This document shows, piece by piece, positions 36,311 to 47,994 of a stretch of 47,994 nucleotides of DNA (position 1 is the first letter of the stretch; every line of letters begins with the position of its first letter). The position numbers were made by a program, and so were the translations under genes. Location of the stretch: contig JAHBMJ010000417.1 of assembly GCA_018398765.1 (NCBI GenBank), positions 1 to 47,994 on the forward strand. The letters are read 5' to 3'. This DNA comes from Chromera velia. Taxonomy: Eukaryota. The notes below the pieces were generated by a model that was not told where the DNA came from, did not search any database, and saw only the letters and a program-made list of their open reading frames with translations.

Positions 36311-38575
36311 CAGGGATGCAGGAAGGTCAAACGACGGACGGACCCGATGCATCCGATCGAGGACAGGACGAGGGATCGACTGCATCCATTCATCCACCCA
36401 ACCATCCATCCATCCATCCAGGATCAATTCCATCCATCCATTCACACGTGAATCCTTCTCTCCGAACATGTATGCTTGCAGGCATCCATACGCGCGTACA
36501 TCGTCACTCCCATTCAAGCAGACAACGGGGAAGAGCACGAATATCGTCCTGCAGAGGGTTAGACGCCCTCCACATATATTCGCAAATGCATATGAGTTGA
36601 TGCATACGAGTACCTTAGCACTCACAGACAGCTGACAAGCTCGTAGCCTGTCTCTCTTCCCCCCTCTCGATACCTTTTTTACCCCTAAGTTCGCGCATAC
36701 ACGGCGAAAGAGAGGGGGCAAAACCCCATGCAAAGAAATAGAGCCAGCAGCAGAAGAAACGCATTTCCCTTCCCTCCCTCTCCCTTCTGAAGCTGCACTG
36801 AATGGAAGCATACAGGAAGGATCAGACGCCGAACAGGAAAGCAGTTTCGCGGCCCCCTGCTCTCACCGGAGGGAAACGCACGCACGCACGCGCACGCACA
36901 CACACACTCACACACACACTTACACACATATTTGCACACACACAACACACACACACACACACACACACACATGGAGGAGGAGAGGGGGAAAGAGAAACAC
37001 TGCCTTCCTTCCTTCCTTCCTTCCTTCCTTCCTGCCGGCTGACTTCCAGGAACTCAGGGAGCGTCTCGAGACGTGTGGAGGGCCACCAGACCGTGTAGGC
37101 CAAGAAGTCCGCGAACTCCTCGTAGTGTGGCTCCAACTGGTCCGACACGACGACAGGAATCGCCCCTGTACGTGTTTGTATGGAATGAAGGTGTGCGACG
37201 TTAGAGGACGTGCACAAATATCATACACATCCTTTCTTTCTTTCTTCCTTTCAATTTCTTTTCACTTACTCGGCTCGTGCGTCCGAGGCACTTCCCTTGT
37301 GTGTCCGCGAATAGGTCAATGATGTAGAGGCACGAGTTGCGTTTTGCTTCTCCTTGCGAATTTGCACTATTTTTCTTTCACGATTGTTCTGCCTGTCTAT
37401 CTGTCTGCCCGCCCGCCTGTCAGTCTAACTGTCTTCATCCATACCCCCCCCCCTTCCACCCCCCAACCCAAAAGGAGCGCCTCAGAAAACCGGGAGGTCG
37501 TCACTCCGCGTCCAGGAGGACAGAGGAAGAATTTGGACTTCAGCAGCAACTCCACATACCTGCATGCCCCATGCATGCCCCATGCATGGAAAGAAGAAAA
37601 AAAAACGGTTTGGCGGAGAGATATGTATTAATGCATTCGCAGAGAGATATGTATTAATGCATTCGCACAGGCAGCGCGAGAAAAATTTAAACCCAGAACA
37701 GAATCGGTTCAAAAACACTGACTTCGAACACATAGCAGCCTGACCCCTCTGCAAGTCAACTCCCGCTCTCAAACAATTTCCCAAGTGAGATGAAGATAAC
37801 TGATTGACAACCCACCAAGCTAGAGGACAGAATCTACTCATGAAAGTGAGCAAAAAAAAGAAAAACAGGTAGCAATCATAAACAAATTGACAAAGAAGCA
37901 CACGTAACAGCAAACACAAGGCCGGACTGAAGAACCCGTTCAGATAGCAACGGCAAAATTACAGCATGCATTCCTTCTTGCAAGGGCGAGGAGGAAGGAA
38001 AGAAACAGAATGAAGAAATGTAACCGAGCACACACAAACAGAGACTGGTTTCATCTCCACCACGCACGAACACACACTCATTCACTCACTCACTAAGTAA
38101 GTCAGACCAGAGACAGAGAGAAACCCGTGAGACCCACCTGTCCATTTTCTTTTCGCCTCCTTCTCCCTCTCCTCTCCCATTTGCTGCACCCTCCCCGACA
38201 GTCCCCTCTTCCTCCTGGGTGCTGGAAGTGGAAGAAGGAGGAGATGAGTCAGTCAGATTACCAGATTTACCAGACGACCAAAGAGGCGTGCCGCCCGGCA
38301 GAGGCCCCCCGAAATGTTCTCCCAACAACCGCTCACTTACCCCTCCATCCCTGTTCGTTCCCCCCTCAACCTTCGAGACACCTTCTCCTCTGGTCTCTGT
38401 CACTGCGTTGCCCTCCTTCCTCTCTCTCTTCCCCTCCCTACCCTCCCTCTCCAACTCCTTCAGGCCCTCATCGAAGAGTTCAACTACGAATTTCGGTCCT
38501 CTCCTTTCGAACGCAACTCGAATGGCTTCACGAATAGAGGACCCGGAGACGCCTCCTGAATGACACAGGACTTTC

Positions 38576-38611
<36 letters not shown>

Positions 38612-38795
38612 TTGTGCGTGGGCTTGCACATGTGTGCAGGCATCTTTATAGAGACAGCTGTACATATGCTCGTGGCGCCTCTTGAAAAGGAGGACCAAAG
38701 ACGCTAGCTGAAAGAGTCAGGGACGAGTGGAAACGCCAAGCGTCGCCAGAGATGGATCCAAATGCGCACACTCACAACAGGATACTCTCACAACA

Positions 38796-38827
<32 letters not shown>

Positions 38828-40767
38828 CACACACACACCGGCATGTCCCTTGAAGGAGGCAACGAGAGGTCGGTCATCGGGTTCCGGGAAGCGTTTCAAC
38901 TCGAACGCGGCCTCTTCTCTGAACTCTACAGGGATCTCCCTGTCTCCCCCAGGCCCCCTGCCCCCTCCTCCTGTCACAAACGCGTGGATGGAGCTCACGA
39001 AAGAGGAGGGCGGCATGGGAAGGGAGACGTCAAATTCTCTGCAGCCACACGCACAGGCACGCAGCCACGTCCGATGTACATGCAAAGTTCTACGTGTATA
39101 TGTATCCAGCTGTTTGTGCAAACGCATTTCAAATTCGTCCGGATTACTCAGGCAAACTTTTGGATATCCATCTTCACAGACAAGGAAAGGGAGACGTCCC
39201 ACTGTGGGTCGACCGAACGAAACAGGCGGGTGAAAAGACTTATCGTGGATGCTCTCACCCGAGAGTCTTTTTTCTTTTTTCTGCTTCTGCGTGTACGGGT
39301 GCACAAACCGATTTCTGTACCGATGAGATTTCATGTCAACACTTACACACACATCCACATACGCGCACAAACACGCACAAACACACACTCACACACGCAA
39401 ACACACGCACATGCACACGTATATATATACAGACACAGACAAACACACAGACAAAAACGCATACACACTCAAATACACACACCAAGCACGCCCCGAGCCC
39501 CCGACCCACTGACTTTCTGACGAAACGGCGATCCCACGAAGACCTCACTCTGATCGCATAATCAGCATCGAAGCTTCCAAGAGGGGACTGGGTGAAGTCC
39601 TGCTAGACAGACAGACAGACAGACAAGTAAGTGAATGAATGAATGAATGAATGAATGCGCATGCAGGGAGACAGACATCATAGAATTAACATTTTTTGGC
39701 CTCGCCCCCCCTCGAACACTTTCGACAGCGAAACAGCTCGAAGCAGGGGCAAGAAGAAAACATAAAAGGATGTTCTCCCCGCCGCCCATGAAAGATCTCA
39801 CTCACTCAGTACGTACATGTACAATATGGTTCCTCCCCTCATTCCAGAAAGGCAGGCCTCGAAGAAAGTCCGTGATCCACCGGCGGTGCCCGACCAAGGA
39901 GGTACCCGCTGCATTTGCCCGCGCACGCACGCACGCACGTGCGTTCAGTCCAAAGAAGAACACCGATACGTTTTCCACGCATAAACAAAACAAGCATACA
40001 TGTGCCCAACTGAGCGGGTCTCAGCTGTGTGTGTGGAGAGTCGCATCTGATCATAGCAGTGATTGCTAAATGAGGCTGGCTGCATTTATTCTGCTGGTGC
40101 ACGCATGTGCGGGCACATACATGCACAGCTTGAGATTCAAGTGGGGTTGAGGTCGAATTGAAGAGACGTCTTGTGTAGCTGCCTCACAGCACCACTCATT
40201 CACTCACTCACTCACTAACTCACACATGCGCACAGGTAGAGAGACAGCAAAGAAAGCCGCCACAGGCAGACAGAGGAGACCGACAGACAGACAGACAGAC
40301 AGACCTGGCAGAAACAGAGGAGGAATAAACAGACAGGAATCCTCGGGGTTCTCTACCAGCACGAACAGACCCGACTCCCGAAGGGGACGGAGGACCTCTC
40401 TCTCGAATGACTGCATGCATGCATACGTGCAGCGCTCATGAATGAATGAATGAATGAAACCACGCGGCCAGACAGGCCTCTCAGGTGAAAAAAAAGGAGC
40501 CAGAGGAAACGGCCAAGAGGAAACAAACAATTCATACATTCACATGTGCGAAACGAATGAAGACATGCAGAGGGAGAGAGAGAGAAAAAACATCCATGTA
40601 GATTTGTGGAAAAGGAAGTCGTTGGAACAAATCAACGCAACAGAGGGAGAGAAATGCATGCCCTGGTTGACGGAAGTCAAAAGTTCAGCACGCTCACGAG
40701 CCCATTTCTGCGTGCCCACGCGCACATGGAAACATTCTTGCACGCATGCATGAAGAAATCCATGGAT

Positions 40768-40836
<69 letters not shown>

Positions 40837-43800
40837 CGGACCTCTACCATCAGGTTGTACAGTTCCTCCTCGCTCCCCTCCCACCCGAGGGGAACCCCCC
40901 ACGCTCCTGCAGATCCGTGCCACTCCTTCGCCTGGGCACTGCAGGAGGGAGAACAAACAAAAGAAAAAAAAATAATTCAACAAAAGTCGACACTCCTCAA
41001 AGATGCATCCTAGACAAAGAAGCATGAAATGCTTACAATTATACAAAGTGAACGCCACCTTCCCGCACCATCTCTCTTCGAGATCTGCCTTTCGGAAGGA
41101 ACCGACACTGCATGCCTTGCACGGAGGGGCACTCGGAGGGAAGCTCAGCATTCAGGAAGATCCCATGCAGGCTACGCCTACAGAAGAATCACGAAGCCAA
41201 GCGACGCGCAATCCGATCAGCTCCATCTCCACAATTTACCTCTACCAAATTGTGCCATCGGTAATGGACTGCTTACTTGTTTCAAAACGCGGTCAAACAA
41301 ATAAAAGCCGTTCGCAAGTTTTCTTCACTTGGTCGTCATTGACGGTTTCTTTCTTTCTTTCTTTCTTTCTTTCTGAATGGTTCAACCTCACAGGCATACA
41401 TTCAGGCATGCAGGACCTTCCCCCATCGTTCCAGACACGGAAAGAAGGCACCAACCAGCAGGAGCCTCGTGCACTCATCATTCCACTAACCAGTGCTTGT
41501 TGGGTCTAGTGCTCTCTCTTCCTTTACTGAACAGCTGAACACCCACTCACTAGGCGCGCAAAGTGCGCGAATGCACGTGGCTTTTGACATCAAGTTGCGA
41601 TGCATCTGCTGCGACTCATGCCACTCTTGGCACCACAGGAACGACACAGACAAAGCTGAATAGCACGAAGGAGTCCCGTGAGTTGGCTACACTCCGGAGA
41701 GCTATGAAGGGCATACAAGCGAGCGGAGGGAGCTCTTCGAAGGAAGAGAGATGCACAGAGAGAGAGAGAGAGAGGGAGAGAGAGAGACCGGCCCCCCTGC
41801 GACTTTCTGGAAGCCACCGAAAGGAGAAATGCTGAGCAGAGCAACCGTCCAGTTACTCGGTTGAGCCACTGGAAAGCGAGGGAAAGACATACAAGAGCAG
41901 AGGCAAAATAAAAAAAAAAAAAGAACATACACACACACACAAACACACGCAGAGCCCACCCACCGCAGACTGTCCTTGTAAGGGTAGACAAAAACGTTCC
42001 CCGATCGCTTCCCCTCACACCTCCACAGTTCGAAACATTCTCCCACAAACAAGGAACAGTATCTGCGAGCAGGCAGGCAGACAGGCATGCAGGCAGGCAG
42101 GCATGCAGGCATTTTTTGTTTCTTTGCATCTTTGTGCGGAAGACGATGCCTGTCAAGATGCACATTCAACGGCGGCAAGCAAAGAAGCCCTGCAGGTAAA
42201 TCCACCGACCGAAGAAATTCAGAACGACGCCGGCCTTCATGCAGGAGACCTGAAGGAAGGCGCCTTGCGTGCACTCCCTCGGACCCGAGAGAGACAGAGA
42301 GAGAGAGAGAGAAAGATAAAAAAGAAAGAAAGAAAGAAAGAAAGAAACGTTCTCACATTAGTTGCTGACAACAAAACCGAATAAGAAGACTGAAAGGAAG
42401 AAAGTCAGGCCACATAAAGGGAAAAAGAGTTGTGCAAAAATACACACGCCGCAAAACGGGGAGGGACGCTACATGCAGAGAGAGAGAGACACTGCATGCC
42501 TTCAGCACACACAAACATGCAGCAGCTGTACAGATAGATAGACACATTCATGCAAAGCAGCCAATAGTCCCAACTCGATCTAGCTGCCTCCCTCCCTGCC
42601 TGCATGCATGCATGCCCGACAGAGCAGAGCAGAGCAGACAGACCCAAACAGGCCCAAATATTCCAGCGCCCCGACAGGAAGATGGTTGTTCCAGTTTCCT
42701 TCAGCCGAGCGGTCAACTGCACACAAACAAAAGAAATGGCAACACCCACAGAAGACATAAAAAGACAAGAACACGCAGACGCAGAGCCGTGAAGAGCCTT
42801 CGGGTGCACCAATCGACTTGAACGAATGCAAACGAATAGGGAAGGCCGACCGATCTAGGATTCTCCGGGCATCTTGCAAACCACTGACTCACTGACTGAC
42901 TGACGTGTTTGTCTCCTGGTCTCTCCGAAGAAGAATCCTCCCGGAAAGCTGCTGCTGTCCTCTCTCCCTTTCCCCCTTGATTTCTCTCCTCCCCCCTCCC
43001 TGTGCTGTCTTTCCTCCTTTTCCTTTCCCTTTGCCGCCTGCTGCTGCTGCTGCTGCCGCTCTTTATCCCTCTGTCGCCGCCTCTCTTCCCACCTCTCCCT
43101 TTCATCGAACGACAAAAAGTAACGCCGCGTTTTCTCTTTGTCGTAAGAGGTTATCAGGTCGTGCAGAAACAACCCTGTACGTACATAATGATGCTCGCAG
43201 GCACGCACACACACACACACACACACACGCACACAACATACAACACACAAATACACAACACAACACACACGCACACATAGACACATATGCACACCAACAA
43301 GCACACTGAGTGACATCACAGAGAGGGCACAGACCGAGCGTACAGACATGCCGATGGACAGAGAGAGTCAGAGAGAGACAAAGAGAGAACGACATCCGAA
43401 TCCAGGATAGATATGGGCACAGACAGACAGACAGGCGGGCAGCGAGAGGAGAGGAAGGGGGCTGGAGGCCCGGCAGAAAAGAGGATTGCAGTTTTCGTCT
43501 ACAGTCGCAGAGGCACACGTACAGGAAAGCAGCAGACAGGTAGGAAGGAAGGAAGGAAGGAATGCTGCAGGCAAGTGATCGTCCCTTCATGATGGTCAGT
43601 CAGTCAGTCAGTCAGTCAGTCAGCATGTCTGCTTAATTGTCTTTTATGTTGTTTGCTGCAGGGTCATTTTCTCTTTCATCCTTGTGATGCGGAAAGTTCA
43701 TAAGATGATCTCCCGGATTGAAGAGAAGTCAGAAAGAACTAGTCTGACAGCTTTCTTTCGTGTCTTCTCTCAATTTGTGTGCAGCTTTCGTGTATTCTCT

Positions 43801-44881
43801 CAATTCGTGTGCAGCTTTCGTGTATTCTCTCAATTTGTGTGCAGCTTTCTTTCGTGTCTTCTCTCAATTTGTGTGCAGCTTTCTTTCGTGTCTTCTCTCA
43901 ATTTGTGTGCAGCATGTGCGTGAATGAATGGAGGTATGCGTGTATTCAAGCGCATGCATACACATGTATGTCTGCGTGTGTGTATGAGCTCATCTGACCG
44001 GATCTCACGGACTGCAGCTGTATGTCTTTTTGCTTGTCCCCCCTGTCTTTATCGTTGCTCGGCAAGACCACCTCTGCCTCTGTCTCTGCCATATCCTTTC
44101 TGTCCAATGTCTTGGCAGGCGGAGGGGGTGGTGCCTGTTTCTGCTGCTGGGGGGTCTCGAGGGGGACGTTTGAAGAGGCAGCGGGAGGGGAATCGGGCCT
44201 TGGGGCACTGTTGGAAGAGGTCAGGGAAGAGGAGGAGGAGGGACTCTGTTCTTCCACCCCTCTTGCTCCCTCCTCTCCTTTGCTGCCGCTTTGTCCCTCT
44301 CCGTCTCCTTCTGTCCCCGCAGCTTGAGAGGACACAGGGGGGGAAGGGGCAGCGCTCTTGGCCTCCTTCCCTTCCTTCACCTCCGCCCCCCCTCCCTCTC
44401 CTTTTCCTATGAGGTCCAAAGAAAAGCCGCCCTTTCCTGCATACACAATTTAAGTGCGACGCTCGAATGTTCATTCACTCATCATTCGGACAGAATGGAT
44501 TGAAAGAAGAGGGCAGCTCCGCGGCCTAACCTCTCTCCTCTCTACCATCGATAAATTATCCATCTGTCTGAATCTGTGCATGCATGTGTGCTTCTGTATG
44601 TATGCATGCATGTTTGTGCCCATGCTCGCAAATGGCTTTGTGAATCTCCGCAAGTGAGGAGGCGTCTGTATGTAAACATGCGGATGAACCCCCCCTCCCC
44701 CCCACCGCCATATCCCACCGCCCGACTTGCGCGCATGCAGACAGACAAACAGACGGACCGACCTTCCTTTGTGTACTCGTGGTAGCTGTCCGTTAAGTCG
44801 GCGAAAATGTTCTCGTCGCCCTCAGCGGAGACCTCAGACTGCGTCCCTCTCCCAGACAGGAGGCTGCCTCATGCGTCCATT

Positions 44882-44920
<39 letters not shown>

Positions 44921-44995
44921 ACACACACATACACACACACACATACACACACACACATACACACACACACATACACACACACACATACACACACA

Positions 44996-45061
<66 letters not shown>

Positions 45062-45591
45062 CTAACAGAGCTAGGGCCATGCACATCGATCTGTGTTGTG
45101 TGTGCGTAAATGTTTCTGAATTTTTAGTGAATGCAAAGGGAACGCGCACTTAGCGAGCGACCAGGCCTGGAGGAATCTGTGGAGATGGGAACGGGTGATG
45201 GGGAGATGGAATGGAACGAAGAAGGTGGGGAAGGAGCGAGGGAGGGAGACCAGGAAAGGAACGCAAACCCTCTTTTCTGAGACTCGTTCACATTCCCCTC
45301 TCACTTCCGTCGACCTACCTATGCGTCAGGATGACGCAAAAGGAGAAGGCGAGCAGGAAAACAGTGCACCCAAGGAGGAGCTTGGCGGCTGGACTGGTGG
45401 CCTTCAGACAACAACACATCTTCCTGCAAGCAAGCAAGCAAGCAAAAAGAAGAGAGCCACGACAAACGAATGCGGGAAGCACATGCAGCAGCACTGAAAT
45501 CTCTTCTCTCTTTCTTACATGCGCACCCAAACAGACTTTTTGGCTCTCAGACCGAGACCGAGACGCAGCGCAGCAGAGAGTCAGATAGACA

Positions 45592-45631
<40 letters not shown>

Positions 45632-45952
45632 CGCGCTCTCTCTGTCTGTCTCTCTCTCACACACACACGTACACATGGACATGTACACACCTCACTCACT
45701 CAGGCGCTCACGCATGCGTACGGACTCTCTCTCTTACCTACATGGGTCAGTAGACTTATTCATCATGTATGCATGCACCTCATAACACACGCACTCGGGG
45801 GACAGATGGACACGTCAAGATACGGATCGGTGCAGATACGAACGAACGAGTATTTCTGCCAAGAAAGTTCTGTGGCGGCTTCAGGCCGGGCGGCGGACTG
45901 ACCGGAAGGTGGCTTGTAGAGACCGTCGTTTTTTGGCAGCTGGAGTCTGCAT
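33562..45952 (-). CDS. Exostosin-family (GT47) glycosyltransferase, type II membrane, ~1136 aa; exons 45952-45903, 45423-45319, 45176-45150, 44863-44763, 44436-43999, 43174-42905, 42249-42210, 40938-40842, 40410-40305, 39908-39817, 39599-39514, 39038-38839, 38555-38138, 37559-37468, 37165-37044, 36379-36344, 35891-35804, 34604-33562
   Basis: Signal anchor [18 protein letters not shown] after a basic N-tail. GT47 motifs: [107 protein letters not shown]. Junctions are phase-consistent; the N-terminal exons are less certain than the catalytic ones. Confidence 0.88.
43748..43913 (+). repeat. Intronic minisatellite, 5 units of 30/34 bp
   Basis: cagctttc(tttc)gtgt(c/a)ttctctcaatt(t/c)gtgtg in the order 34,30,30,34,34. 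Confidence 0.95.
44884..45062. repeat. (CA)n/(CATA)/(CGCA)n microsatellite
   Basis: Directly visible; intronic. Confidence 0.95.
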
Positions 45953-46918
45953 CCGCACGGAAACACAAGAAGATGCACCATATAGGGCGCACACACTCTC
46001 TCTCTAACAGCTTCAGGAAGTGCAGTAGCGCGACATGCCGTCTCCTTCAATTCAAAAAGAATAACTCCGGGTTCTCACCTCGTCTGCACGGTGCCGAGCC
46101 ATCATCACACGTCATGCAGCCCTCAGGACGTTGGACTGCTCCTCTTGAGAGTCTCTCTGCGGTTTGTGTTGTAAGGGCCCGTCGGACCGGCAGGAGTGAT
46201 AGAACAGGAGTGAGGCGTCAGACCGTCCGTGCATCTAGAGACTGCACGGGTAGTGCAGCCAACACAGTACGTACAAGCTATGACAAGCTCGATCGAATCA
46301 GCGCATGGACGGGCTGTATGCCACTGCGTGTGAGCTGTCCACGAGTTCATTTCTCTCATTGCAACTGCCAGGGTCATGCACCTTCATGCAATGCAGCAAT
46401 TGTGCCAGAATTGTGCCTCACGCATGCAGGAGATGTCTGACATGGAAGTCCGCGACTCAGTGCCGGGGCGCGGAGTGCATGCGGGGGGCCCGCCTATGGC
46501 CCATTACTCCGATTGAAAAATCTGACGCACGCAGATGCATGTCCCGGAAATATAGAGCTGAGGGGGCACTTGACACAACATGAGTAAGGGTCAAAACAAA
46601 TGGAGTTAATTTTGATCGCTTTCCGGGCCATTCGCACGGATGCGTAGGATGTGACAAAACCTTGAAGCATATACCGCGCGCGCGGTCGTACGTCGGAGCA
46701 AACCGAGCGCGGATGAAGATCACCCGGTTCTATCATGTTCTATCGATAGTAATCAGTAATAATAAGTTCTCAGTGGGCTGACTGTTTGGTAGGCGACTCG
46801 TAGTATGTCGGTTGTGCTGGAAATGGTTGTGCCACTCACGAATTTCCGCTCTGTGACTCTGGAAAAGGTGAAAGTCATGCAGAGTTGAGGAGACGGCAAA
46901 GGAACTTGCGTTGCACGT

Positions 46919-47725
46919 ATGCTTGCAATCTCAACCACGTCAGGGCGACTTTGCGTCGACCGATGCGGCAGGTTTTCTCGGCTGCGGTTCCTGTCAACTC
47001 TGGTGCCTGCGACAGACCGTGTAGTCGACAGCTCTCCTTCTTCTGAGGGTGATGGAGGACTGCTGAAGCGTCCCCCTGGAGTGCGCCCTTCATCCGTCAG
47101 CGGCCTCTTTCAACCCGGCGACGGGGAAAAATCCCTACCCCCCCCCGGTGCTCCAACACCCCTTTTCAGGGTCCGCGCTAATGCGTCGGCCAGTCTGCCG
47201 TACCTGGCGGATGAGGTTGTGAGATCTCGCATGGCAAGCGAGACGCAAGAAAGCGGACTCAGGCGCTTGAGCTCGGTCTTCAGTCAGAAAAGGGAGACGG
47301 CTGCGGAGACGGTGGACGCTCTCGTGTCCCTTGCATCTGAATCCAGGTCTGCTTGCATGCCGACATTTGATTCCAAATTTCGATGTATGTGACATGCAAT
47401 GAGCCACAGACTCTTTGTGTTATGAATTTGAAAATTGCCCTTGGAGCGCTAGGTGCTCAGCTGTTTGCAACTTGTATGCATTTTTGGCTTTGTGTAACTG
47501 TTTGGTGCGTTTATTTTTTGCATGTATTCTTCCAGCCTGGTGCACCTCTGCGGATGCATTTGGGTGGAATTGTCTGCAGATTCGAATGCTTCTTTCTCCC
47601 TTCGATGGTTTAAATTCTCCTTCCTGAACCCCCCCTTGATTCGCCTCTGATCCCTCCCCTTTGTCTGTGCGTGCAGGAACGAACCTCTCGCCGAGCTACG
47701 GAGTTACAAGCCTTTCATAGAACTA
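46919..47725 (+). CDS. 5' part of a hypothetical protein, possibly mitochondrion-targeted; exons 46919-47346 and 47677-47725, continues beyond the window
   Basis: The R/S/L-rich N-terminus MLAISTTSGRLCVDRCGRFSRLRFLSTLVP resembles a transit peptide. Donor GTCTGC at 47347 and acceptor GTGCAG at 47676 join in phase (ES-R-NEPLAELRSYKPFIEL). Confidence 0.5.
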
Positions 47726-47994
47726 GTGAGGTCCCTCCAAAGATTCGCTTCCCAGCTGACAAAACAAGACCTCATTGCTGCCGTCTCCTCCCTGGCTGCT
47801 CTCCAAGTCCAAATAGACGAAAACCTTGGACGAGAACTGGCGGAGAGTTTTCTCAACCATGCGCACACAATGACTCTGGAGGAGGTACATCATTAGGCTG
47901 AAGAGACAAAAGAAAACAACAGAATAGAGAGGCGCGTCTCTCTTCTCTCTCTCTGTCTATGTGTGTCTGTGTGTGTGGGGGGGGGGGGGGGGGG

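Noticed and set aside
37616..37667. 26-bp tandem duplication gagagatatgtattaatgcattcgca
   Set aside because: Ordinary local intronic slippage with two copies only.
47977..47994. Terminal G-run as a G-quadruplex or telomere
   Set aside because: Homopolymer at the window edge, likely next to a gap or low-quality sequence.

Overview
Eukaryotic nuclear DNA from an intron-rich, microsatellite-rich protist. GT-AG introns, frequent TGCATGCA and the gene style suggest an alveolate, probably a chromerid such as Chromera (inference). I assembled gene models by hand from GT-AG junctions and reading phase: a low-complexity protein with a C4-zinc/basic module (222-2663+), a protein with an SPT16 N-lobe-like start fused to unrelated sequence (5083-9729), RPLP1 (minus, 4 exons) head-to-head with NOG1/GTPBP4 (plus, 20 exons), an exostosin/GT47 glycosyltransferase (minus, about 18 exons) and the 5' part of a possibly mitochondrion-targeted gene at the right edge. 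AT-rich, CTAG/TA-rich blocks of repeat relics lie between genes. They hold two back-to-back LINE 3' fragments with microsatellite tails, a Crinkler/RHS-type NTPase+REase pseudogene, a stop-riddled ORF relic, a small foldback element and a 1017-bp TIR element with an 8-bp TSD. The two most striking observations are (i) three tandem 77-nt GT...AG hairpin units that duplicate the NOG1 exon-7 acceptor junction, and (ii) a C>T/G>A hypermutation pattern, RIP-like or methylation-driven, confined to repeat relics. No tRNA, rRNA or CRISPR was seen.
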